Positions 16,935-26,000 of a DNA stretch of 32,000 nt are shown here, one piece after another. Within the stretch, counting starts at the first letter, position 1, and the number at the start of each line of letters is the position of its first letter. The translations under genes and the position numbers were made by a program. The stretch comes from Candidatus Electrothrix sp. GW3-4 (lineage in GTDB: Bacteria; Desulfobacterota; Desulfobulbia; Desulfobulbales; Desulfobulbaceae): contig NZ_CP147990.1 of assembly GCF_037902255.1 (NCBI RefSeq), positions 1,980,001 to 2,012,000 on the forward strand. The letters run 5' to 3'. The notes beneath the pieces are model-generated. The model did not search any database, was not told where the DNA came from, and saw nothing but the letters and a program-made list of their open reading frames with translations.

Positions 16935-17120
16935 AAAGCAGGTAACCCGGCGATCTCTCATTTAGAGACCCGTGGCTTTCCGACACCGCCTCGCGACGGC
17001 TGTGGCTTTATCAACTTTCCTGTTCCGACCGGAAAGTCAAGGCACCTGCTCAGGAGATAAGCATTGCCATTTTGTTATGGTAAAACGCAACATAGCCTTG
17101 TTACTTCGTGCCTGTCGATT
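16935..17120 (-). promoter_or_regulatory. repeat copy 2: same promoter + structured leader element, upstream of the rpn-like gene
   Basis: Minus strand: TCGACA (17118-17113), N18, TATGTT (17094-17089). Structured core at 17049..16938. The GNRA loop is GCGA here. The third hairpin is GGUCUCU-AAAUG-AGAGAUC. Confidence 0.45.
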
Positions 17121-17190
17121 ATTATCCATAAAAAAATATTAACGTAACGAGGAGATGCAGAACGAAAATGCTTGTGGCGCAATAAAAAAA

Positions 17191-18744
17191 CTACCCCTTC
17201 TCCCACTCCACCCGACTGACATTCCGTTCAGCCCTGCTGAACTCAACCCCGATCAACCAGATTTCCTTCCCTTGCCCCTGATATTTCTCCGCATACTTTT
17301 TCTCTTTAATCTGCTCAAGAGCACAGCCGGGTTCGGTCAACTCATTGACCTTGAACTCAAAGATATACACCCGCTCCTCAAAGCAGACCGTCAGGTCAAT
17401 CCTCCCCTGATTGGTCACATCCTCCGGCCGGACATTCAGGCCCAGGGCCGCAAAATAGCAATACACCACCGAGCAATAATACCCCTCATAGCCTGCCAGC
17501 TCATTTTTTCTGTACCAATCATGGGGAATAGAAGCAAAAAAGGCGTGGAAGATATGCTCCAAGGCGGCAAAATTATTGGCCTGCAAGGCCCTGAAAAGAG
17601 CTACCTGATTTCTTTTCAAGGAAGTGAGTTCCTGGCTGTACCAGTGCAGGATGGAACCACTTAGGCTTTTGCGGACTTCATGATTGGGAAAGCCGAGATG
17701 ATAGATATATTCTTCATCAAAAAGCTGTTCTCTGCCGGTGATGGTTAGATAACCGGTCTGAAAAAGGAGCGACTCCGGTGCAATATAATCCACATCAAAA
17801 CTGCTGAGTAACTCCTCGTCCGCAGTCAGATTTTCCAGCTCTGGAATAAACATCTTCTTTTCCATGAGCATACGCACCAAGAAAGACGGGGTACCGGTCT
17901 CGAACCAATAGGGCCTGAATTCCCGGTTGCGAAAATAGAGGAGGATGTCAAAGGGATTATAAACCGAATCACCGAGGAAATTATAGCCGTTGTACCATTT
18001 TTTCACCTGGTCCAGATTAACCCCATCCAGGTAGTCCGCAAAACCTGTCTCCAGTTCTTCCTGGGTGTAGCCGCATATACTGCCGAAACGAGCATCCAGG
18101 GTAATATCTTCAAGATTGTTCAACCCGGAAAACAAAGAAACCTTGGAGAATTTGGATACCCCGGTGAGCAGGACAAAACGGAGGTGTGCTCCCTGGGCCT
18201 TGAGCACGGAATAGATATTTCGCAGGCCTTCCCGCAGTTCAGCCGCCTTAGCTGTATCGGTGATATTGTCGAGGATCGGTTTGTCATATTCATCCACCAG
18301 AACCACAACCTGCTGCCCGCTTTCCCGGTACAGCCTGACAATCATTTCCTCCAGGCAATGATCAGGAGAATCAGAAGCAAGAGACAGGTTATATTCTTCT
18401 GTCTGGAGATGCAGCATCCGCACCACACGTTGGTCCAACCTGCTCCGGCTTTCCATAATACCCTGGGCAAAATCAAGTTTGATGACCGGATATTTGGTCT
18501 TCCAATCCCAGTTATTTTCCAGGTACAGGCCCTGAAATAACGCCTTGTTTCCGGAAAAGGCCTGAGCAAGGGTGTCAACCAGCAGGCTTTTACCGAAACG
18601 ACGGGGCCGGGAAAGGAAATAATAGCGTCCCTGTTCCACCAAGCGGGCAATCAGCGGAGTTTTGTCGACGTAGCAGTAATTATCGGTTCTGATGTCGGCG
18701 AAGGTCTGGATGCCGATAGGAAGTTTTTGAGGATGTTTCTTCAT
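17191..18744 (-). CDS. AAA-ATPase-like (PF09820-type) + PD-(D/E)XK nuclease (PDDEXK_9-type) protein, paralogue A
   Basis: ORF 17191..18759. The ATG at 18742-18744 matches the paralogue's start (MKKHPQKLPIGIQTFADIR). Motifs YVDKTPLIARL, YFLSRPRRFGKSLLVDTL (P-loop), VVLVDEYDKP (Walker B); C-terminal GRIDL...IFEFK (D...ExK). Confidence 0.88.
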   Translation of the reverse strand: MKKHPQKLPIGIQTFADIRTDNYCYVDKTPLIARLVEQGRYYFLSRPRRFGKSLLVDTLAQAFSGNKALFQGLYLENNWDWKTKYPVIKLDFAQGIMESRSRLDQRVVRMLHLQTEEYNLSLASDSPDHCLEEMIVRLYRESGQQVVVLVDEYDKPILDNITDTAKAAELREGLRNIYSVLKAQGAHLRFVLLTGVSKFSKVSLFSGLNNLEDITLDARFGSICGYTQEELETGFADYLDGVNLDQVKKWYNGYNFLGDSVYNPFDILLYFRNREFRPYWFETGTPSFLVRMLMEKKMFIPELENLTADEELLSSFDVDYIAPESLLFQTGYLTITGREQLFDEEYIYHLGFPNHEVRKSLSGSILHWYSQELTSLKRNQVALFRALQANNFAALEHIFHAFFASIPHDWYRKNELAGYEGYYCSVVYCYFAALGLNVRPEDVTNQGRIDLTVCFEERVYIFEFKVNELTEPGCALEQIKEKKYAEKYQGQGKEIWLIGVEFSRAERNVSRVEWEKG

Positions 18745-18897
18745 ATTTTCTTCGCGCAATAGCTCATATCTTGCTTCGGTTGCGTAGTTATGTGGTTACG
18801 TAGATCTTGATTGAGTGCGATGAAATCAGACAAGTGAAACAATATTTGTCCGTTTTTGTTGCACTCAAATGGACCTACCAGATGCCTGTTGTAACGA

Positions 18898-20454
18898 CTA
18901 TCCCTTCTCCCACTCCACCCGACTGACATTTCGTTCAGCCCGGCTGAACTCAACCCCGATTAACCAGATCTCTTTCCCTTGCCCCTGATATTTCTCCGCA
19001 TACTTTTTCTCCTTAATCTGCTCAAGAGCACAACCGGGTTCGGTTAACTCATTGACCTTGAACTCAAAGATATACACCCTCTCCTCAAAGCAGACGGTCA
19101 GGTCAATCCTCCCCAGATTGGTCACATCCTCCGGCCGGACATGCAGACCCAGGGCCGCAAAATAGCAATACACCACCGAGCAATAATACCCCTCATAGCC
19201 TGCCAGCTCATTTTTTCTGTACCAATCATGGGGAATAGAAGCAAAAAAGGCGTGGAAGATATGCTCCAAGGCGGTAAAATTATTGGCCTGCAAGGCCCTG
19301 AAAAGAGCCACCTGATTTCTTTTCAAGGAAGTGAGTTCCTGGCTGTACCAGTGCAGAATGGAACCGCTTAGGCTCTTGCGGACTTCATGATTGGGAAAGC
19401 CGAGATGATAGATATATTCTTCATCAAAAAGCTGTTCTCTGCCGGTGATGGTCAGGTAACCGGTCTGAAAAAGGAGCGACTCCGGTGCAATATAATCCAC
19501 ATCAAAACTACTGAGTAACTCCTCGTCCGCAGTCAGATTTTCCAGCTCTGGAATAAACATCTTTTTGTCCATGAGCATACGCACCAGAAAAGACGGGGTG
19601 CCGGTCTCGAACCAATAGGGCCTGAATTCCCTACTGTCGAAATACAGGAGGATATCAAAGGGATTGTAGACCGAATCGCCGAGAAAATTATAACCGTTAT
19701 ACCATTTCTTTACTTGGTCCAGGTCAACTCCGTCCAGGTAGTCAGCAAAACCGTTCTCCAGTTCTTCCTGGGTGTAGCCGCATACACTGCTGAAACGTGA
19801 ATCCAAGGTAATGTCCCGAAGATTGTTCAGACCGGAAAAGAGAGAAACCTTAGAGAATTTAGACACCCCGGTGAGCAGGACAAAACGGAGGTGCGCTCCC
19901 TGGGCCTTGAGCACGGAATAGACATTTCGCAGGCCCTCCCGGAGTTCAGCAGCCTTGGCAGCATCGGTAATGTTGTCCAGGATGGGTTTGTCGTATTCAT
20001 CCACCAGGACCACGACCTGCTGCCCGCTTTCCCGGTATAGCCGGACAATCATTTCCTCCAGGCAATGATCAGGAGAGTCAGAAGCGAGAGACAGGTTATA
20101 CTCTTCCGCCTGTAGATGCAGCATCCGTACCACACGTTGGTCCAGCCTGCTTCGGCTTTCCAGAATCCCCTGGGCAAAATCAAGCTTGATGACCGGATAT
20201 TTGCTATTCCAGTCCCAGTTGTCCTCCAGGTACAGTCCCTGGAACAAATCTTTGTTCCCGGAAAAGGCCTGAGCAAGGGTATCAACCAACAGGCTTTTGC
20301 CGAAACGACGGGGCCGGGACAGGAAATAAAAGCGCCCCTGTTCTACCAGGCGAGCAATCAACGGAGTTTTATCGACGTAGCAGTAATTATCGGTTCTGAT
20401 ATCGGCAAAGGTCTGGATACCGATGGGAAGTTTTTTTCTGGGGTACTTTTTCAT
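18898..20454 (-). CDS. AAA-ATPase-like + PDDEXK_9 nuclease protein, paralogue B
   Basis: 518 aa with ATG at 20452-20454. Same motifs as paralogue A. By my manual alignment there are about 24 differences over ~518 positions, and only 3 fall in the last ~230 residues. Confidence 0.88.
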   Translation of the reverse strand: MKKYPRKKLPIGIQTFADIRTDNYCYVDKTPLIARLVEQGRFYFLSRPRRFGKSLLVDTLAQAFSGNKDLFQGLYLEDNWDWNSKYPVIKLDFAQGILESRSRLDQRVVRMLHLQAEEYNLSLASDSPDHCLEEMIVRLYRESGQQVVVLVDEYDKPILDNITDAAKAAELREGLRNVYSVLKAQGAHLRFVLLTGVSKFSKVSLFSGLNNLRDITLDSRFSSVCGYTQEELENGFADYLDGVDLDQVKKWYNGYNFLGDSVYNPFDILLYFDSREFRPYWFETGTPSFLVRMLMDKKMFIPELENLTADEELLSSFDVDYIAPESLLFQTGYLTITGREQLFDEEYIYHLGFPNHEVRKSLSGSILHWYSQELTSLKRNQVALFRALQANNFTALEHIFHAFFASIPHDWYRKNELAGYEGYYCSVVYCYFAALGLHVRPEDVTNLGRIDLTVCFEERVYIFEFKVNELTEPGCALEQIKEKKYAEKYQGQGKEIWLIGVEFSRAERNVSRVEWEKG

Positions 20455-20537
20455 GGAACAGGCTCAACAGCGCTTTGCGCTTCTCCTTTCTTAACCAACC
20501 TGAGTTTTTTAGGATAGGGGTAAAATATTTTTCTTTG

Positions 20538-20556
20538 CCAGCAGGTAAAATGCCAG
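20538..20556 (-). promoter_or_regulatory. sigma54-type (-24/-12) promoter candidate upstream of paralogue B
   Basis: The minus strand reads CTGGCATTTTACCTGCTGG. GG and GC are separated by exactly 10 nt, in TGGCA...TGC context (consensus TGGCACG-N4-TTGCW). It lies about 85-100 nt upstream of the ATG at 20454. Confidence 0.35.
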
Positions 20557-20783
20557 CCTCTGACAAAACCCCTCCCTGTTTTTCTCTTCTTGCAGAAGAA
20601 AAGAAACTCCATCCTTCCCTACAATAAAAAACATGCCTGAGAACGAGCAACTATTGCCAATTTTTCGATACTAAACCGCGCCGTTAAGATACGCAAGGAT
20701 TTCTTTGGCCGAAAACCGGCTCCTGATCACCCCTAAAAATTCTCCAAACCCGAGCCTGAGTCCCTCTTCCGTGAAAAAACTCT

Positions 20784-20811
20784 TTGAAAAAAAAGAAAAG
20801 AAACATATAGT
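20784..20811 (+). promoter_or_regulatory. sigma70-like promoter candidate for glgB
   Basis: TTGAAA (20784-20789), N16, TATAGT (20806-20811). This would give a ~210-nt leader. Confidence 0.3.
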
Positions 20812-21027
20812 GTAACCTCTATATAAGTCAACGCCGCCTCAAAAAAGACAATCTCTTGATTCTTGCTTGCAAACATGCTACCGACTCATCAAGAGACTGA
20901 CCTGTGCGGCTGAGACACAGCACGCATGCTGGCAGGAGCAGCAAAGAACAGGTGCTCTCCTGTTTTACTGATCGCAAACCACATAACTACGGCTATTCGT
21001 CGTTAGCTAACCAATACACAGAGCCCT

Positions 21028-22953
21028 ATGAAAGCAAATCATTATCAAGGAATCGCTGCCCCTCAAAGCTGGCTCGGAGATCTGGACAAATACCTGTTCG
21101 GTGAAGGCACCCATGAACGGGCCTATGAAAAACTTGGCGCCCATCTGGTCACCTTGAAGAAACAGGAGGGGGTAGCCTTTGCTGTTTGGGCACCCAATGC
21201 CCGCCAGGTCAGCGTGATAGGTGACTTTAATGAATGGGACGATGCGGCCTGTCCCATGCACCCCAGCGACGCAGGCATCTGGACGATCTTTATCCCAGGG
21301 TTAAAAGAACACGCTGTCTATAAATACAGAATCACCACACAGCAGAACGAGCAATTCGATAAATCCGATCCCTACGGTTTTGCCATGGAACTCCGCCCCC
21401 GCACCGGCTCGGTTGTGGCGAACCTGGACAACTATCAATGGCAGGATGAAGAGTGGATCAAGGAGCGAGCCCAGCGGCAGTCCCTGGACGGCCCTATCTC
21501 TATCTATGAGGTCCATATCGCCTCCTGGCGCAGGAAAGCGGACAAAAAATGGGGAAGCCGTTACCTCACCTATCGGGAGCTTGCTGACACGTTAATCCCC
21601 TATGTCCTGGAGATGGGCTATACCCATATCGAACTGCTGCCCATTGCTGAATACCCCTTTGACGGCTCCTGGGGATATCAGGTCCTGGGCTTTTTCGCGC
21701 CGACCAGTCGCTTCGGAACCCCACAGGACTTTATGTACTTTATCGATCAATGCCATCAACATAATATCGGCGTGATCCTGGATTGGGTTCCGGCCCATTT
21801 CCCCAAAGACGGCTCTGGACTCAACTATTTTGACGGCACCCATCTCTATGCCCACGAAGATCCCCGCCAGGGCGAGCATCAGGATTGGGGCACCATGATC
21901 TTTAACTACGGTCGCAATGAGGTCCGCTCCTTTTTAATCTCCAATGCCCTCTTCTGGATTGACAAATATCATATTGATGGTCTCAGGGTCGACGCGGTGG
22001 CCTCTATGCTTTACCTGGACTACTCCCGGGAAGAGGGGGAATGGCTGCCCAATGAACATGGTGGTCGGGAAAATCTGGCTGCAATCAGCTTTCTCCGCAA
22101 GACAAACGAGGTGGTCCACGGCGTATATCCGGGAGTGCTGACCATAGCCGAGGAATCCACCTCCTGGCCCATGGTCTCCCGCCCCACCTGGTTGGGCGGA
22201 CTCGGTTTCAGCCTGAAATGGAACATGGGCTGGATGCACGATACCCTCTGTTATATGCAGCACGACTCAATCCATCGCCGCTTTCATCATCATGAGATGA
22301 CCTTTGGCATGCTCTATGCCTTTCAGGAAAACTTTACCCTGCCCATTTCCCATGATGAGGTGGTGCATGGCAAGGGTTCCCTGCTCAACAAGATGTCTGG
22401 AGATGAATGGCAGAAATTCGCCAACCTGCGCGCCTATTTCGGCTTTATGTGGGGCTATTCTGGCAAGAAACTGCTCTTTATGGGCTGTGATTTCGGGCAA
22501 TGGCAGGAATGGAATCACGACAAGAGCCTGGAATGGGAGGCCCTGACAGCGGAGTCCCACCAAGGGGTGCAACGCTATGTCGCCGACCTGAATAGGGTTT
22601 ACAAGACAGAACCAGCCCTGTATGAAAACGACTATGAATGGTCTGGTTTTTCCTGGATTAATGCCAATGACTCAGACAACTCTGTTTTTTCATTCATCCG
22701 CAAGGCGAAAAAAACTGATGACTTTCTTGTTGTAATCTGTAATTTTACTCCGGTAATACGTGAAAAATACCGTATTGGTGTACCGGTGGGCGGTCGATAC
22801 AGAGAAATTATCAACAGCGACCTGGCAGTTTATCAAGGCAGCGGTGTGTGTAACAACGAGCTGCACACGATCTCCGAGCAATCCTATGGAATGGATCACT
22901 CTCTTATGCTTACCTTGCCCCCTCTGGCAACCCTGATTCTCAAACCGGTATAA
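21028..22953 (+). CDS. glgB: 1,4-alpha-glucan branching enzyme
   Basis: 641 aa. Motifs [44 protein letters not shown]-type [84 protein letters not shown]. Confidence 0.93.
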   Translation: MKANHYQGIAAPQSWLGDLDKYLFGEGTHERAYEKLGAHLVTLKKQEGVAFAVWAPNARQVSVIGDFNEWDDAACPMHPSDAGIWTIFIPGLKEHAVYKYRITTQQNEQFDKSDPYGFAMELRPRTGSVVANLDNYQWQDEEWIKERAQRQSLDGPISIYEVHIASWRRKADKKWGSRYLTYRELADTLIPYVLEMGYTHIELLPIAEYPFDGSWGYQVLGFFAPTSRFGTPQDFMYFIDQCHQHNIGVILDWVPAHFPKDGSGLNYFDGTHLYAHEDPRQGEHQDWGTMIFNYGRNEVRSFLISNALFWIDKYHIDGLRVDAVASMLYLDYSREEGEWLPNEHGGRENLAAISFLRKTNEVVHGVYPGVLTIAEESTSWPMVSRPTWLGGLGFSLKWNMGWMHDTLCYMQHDSIHRRFHHHEMTFGMLYAFQENFTLPISHDEVVHGKGSLLNKMSGDEWQKFANLRAYFGFMWGYSGKKLLFMGCDFGQWQEWNHDKSLEWEALTAESHQGVQRYVADLNRVYKTEPALYENDYEWSGFSWINANDSDNSVFSFIRKAKKTDDFLVVICNFTPVIREKYRIGVPVGGRYREIINSDLAVYQGSGVCNNELHTISEQSYGMDHSLMLTLPPLATLILKPV

Positions 22954-23010
22954 CGCTTAGTCAGACATTTTTCTCATCTTCAACCCATAAACGAACGTAT
23001 AGGCTCTGCT

Positions 23011-26000
23011 ATGAAACTCATGCAAAAAATAACACCGCGCACAGCGCTTTTTATCTCGCTCGGTATCCTGCTCTATATTGCTCTTGCAGGTTATCATGCT
23101 CAGAGCAAAAAAGAACATGAAGAGCAGATGGCTCAGGCCCGGCACAATGCTAAAATACCCGGCTTACAAAATCAGGCCATTGAATATAGGCAGGAGCTGA
23201 CCGATGCGCGGCAGGGGGAGAAACTTCTCCGTTCAGAGACAGGCAGAAGAGAGCAAGAGCAAGGCACAATAGCAGAGATTGAACAGAAGGTCTCTGCCCA
23301 GCAAAATGAGAAAAATGAGAACAGTATTTCAGCAGAACAGCTGCACAAGGCTGAGGCCCGCATCAAACAACTCCAGGAACAATTGGCTGCGGCCAATAAA
23401 AAGCTGAGCATTGAGACAGAAAAAGAAAACAGCGCCAGCAGACAACTCCTGAAAAAGCTCAAAGAGCGCGAACAAGAGCTCCAAGGACAGGAAGAACAGC
23501 TTGTTCAAATGGAGGAAGGACGCAGGGCAGACCAGCAAAAAATAGCCCAGCTCGAAAAAATACAGCAGAAGAAGGCTGAGCAGGTCAAGCAAACAGAGCA
23601 GCGGGTTGCTGAGCTGACAGGCCGCCTGGAACAGACCAAGGCCCAGCTGGCTGAGGCCACCACCACACTCTCTGTTGCCAATAATGCGGTGCAGAAGGCC
23701 CAGCTCAAGGCAGAGGCCATGCTCCATTACGGCAAAGAAAAAGATCGGATGCTGGCCCCGTCCGAGCAAAAAGCAGCCACCCTGGAACAGCAACTCGCCG
23801 AGCAACAGGCCCAGGTAGAGCAGCTCACTGCTGAGCTTGAAGCTGTTCGCAACGAGATTATAACTGCAGAGAAAAATAACCAGCAACTGGCAAAGCAGGT
23901 TACCTCCTTAAGTGCAACAGGAACAGCTCAACAGGAAGAGATTGCCACTCTGAAAGAACAGCTGCAACAAGCAGGCCGCGAACAACGGGAAAAGCAGGCT
24001 ACCTATAATAGCCAAGAAGCAGCATTAACAGATGCCCAGGCGCAGCTGGAAAAACTGTCTGAGGAAAAAGAACGCCTGACCGCACAAGTTGATGAACTCA
24101 CCGCAGTCATTGAGGCGAACAAGGCCCTTAAGCAGACCGAGCTTGAAAAGGTAAAACTGGGGCTCCATAATAATATTGCCCAGCTCACTGCCCAACTTGC
24201 AGAAAAAGAAAACGAGCTGAAGCAACAGAAAGCACTGCTTGCCGAAGCTGCCGCCCATATCACTGCCCTTCAGGATGCGGAAAAAAGGTCCCAGCTCAAA
24301 ATTGAGGCCCTCCTGAAGTACGGCAAGGAAAAAGAACGCCTGCTGGCCCCCTCCCAGGAGCAGATTACTGTTCTGCAAAAACAGCTTGCGAAAAAAGAGC
24401 AAGAGCTTGCAACCGCCCAGAAGGAGCTGGAAGAACGTGCTACGTATGGAAAAGAGCTGGTGAATCAGGTTGCCAGCCTGACAGAATCCGCCGTTGTTCG
24501 CAATAAGCAAGCAGAGACACTGGCTCAGGAACTTACTGAGGCAAAGGCCACCATCGACAAACTGACTGGCGAGCTTACTCAAACCAAGGCCAGCCTGGAG
24601 ACAGCAAAAACAAACCTGGCAGCTGCCCAGGAAGAGGAGCAGGCCCTGCAACAGGGTCTGGCTGGCAAAGATGAAGAGTTGATCGTCATCAGGGCTGAGG
24701 TCGAACGACTCACTGCAGAGCTTGCCCAGCAAAAGACCACCAATGATGAACTGGCACAAGAGCAGGAGAGGATAGCAGCTGAACTTGAAACAGCAAAGGC
24801 CAAAGAGACCGAGCTCAGTCAGCAATTGGAGACAAAGGCAGAGGAGCTGGCCGCTGCGACAACAGCTACTGACGAGGCAAAGGCCGCTGTTGCTACTGCC
24901 CAGGAAAAGGCCACGACCCTGGAAGTACAGCTTGCTGAAAAGGAAACAGCCCAAGCTGCTGCTGAGAAAAAGGCTGCTGCCCTGGAAGCACAGGTGGCAG
25001 ACCTCCTTCCTTTACAGGAACAGCTGCAGGCTGCGCAAGAGCAGGTTGCAACCCTGGAGGCTGCATATGCAAATACCCAAGGCCTGCAGAGCCAATTAAC
25101 AGCCAGCCAGGAAGAAATAACTACCCTGAAAAATCAACTTGCCGACCTGCCCACCACAGTTGAGGAATTTAACGCCATTCAGGAAAATATTGCCAACCTG
25201 GAGGCCCAGACGCAAACCCAGGCCGAACAGCTGGCAGCTGAGCAGGAACAGGCTGCGGCCTTAAAGGCGCAGGTTGCAGAACTTCAGCAGGCAGCAGCAG
25301 AGATGACTGCGACCCAGAAGCAGATTGCTGATCTGGAGAAGCAATTGGCTGAGGCAGACGCTCAGGCTGAGCAGCTGAGCACGGAGCAGAAAAAGACTGC
25401 TGCCCTGGAAGCCAAGCTCTCTGAGCTTCAGGCGATTGAGCAACAATCGGACGCTACAGAGAAAAAAATGGCCAGCTTAACAGAAGAGCTGGACAAGACC
25501 AAGGCCAAGCTCGCAGAGCTCAGTGCTGCTGGCGAAGATAAAGAAAAACTGGCAAGCGAGCTTGCTGATACCCAGAAAAAACTTGCTGAATTAACAGCAG
25601 CCCAGCAAAATGTTGGTGATAAGACCTCTGCGCTTGAAGAAAAGCTCACGTCGCTGAAGACGAGCCTGGAAGAAAAAGAACAGGCCTTGACCGCCCAGAA
25701 GAAGGCTCTGACCCAGGCCAAGGCAACCTTGGAGGAGCAAACAGCCGCCATTGCTCAAGCAGAAAAGAGCAAGAAAAATGCAGAGCAGTTGACGACAGAG
25801 CTGGCGAGCTCAAAAGAAGAACTCGCTGCCTTGCAGGCGCAGGTCAAAGAACTGAAAGAGGAAATTGCTCGCCTAAAGGAGCAGTTGAGCCAACAGGGCG
25901 CACAGCAGGCTGTGCAACAGACTGTAGCTGCTCAAGTCCCTGCCGAACAAGAAGCACCGGCAGAGGCCACTGCTGCCGCTGATACTGAACAGAAGCAGGT

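Noticed and set aside
18811-18868. 8-bp inverted repeat TTGAGTGC...GCACTCAA between the two ATPase-nuclease paralogues
   Set aside because: It has a 42-nt loop and no U-tract, so it is too weak to call a terminator or operator. It is noted only.
20387-20650. 87-aa minus-strand ORF overlapping the start of paralogue B
   Set aside because: It overlaps the well-supported ATG at 20454 out of frame and covers the promoter region. Its sequence is basic and low-information.
20671-20838. About 55-codon open frame on the minus strand ending ...EEGLRLGFGEFLGVIRSRFSAKEILAYLNGAV
   Set aside because: It has no in-frame start codon other than a late GTG, and it includes a poly-T/poly-A tract. At most it is a decayed gene fragment.
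23172-25751. Several minus-strand ORFs (e.g. 24025..24954, 309 aa)
   Set aside because: They lie antisense to the coiled-coil gene. Their L/C/F/S-rich sequence is the complement of GAA/CAG/GCN codon runs.
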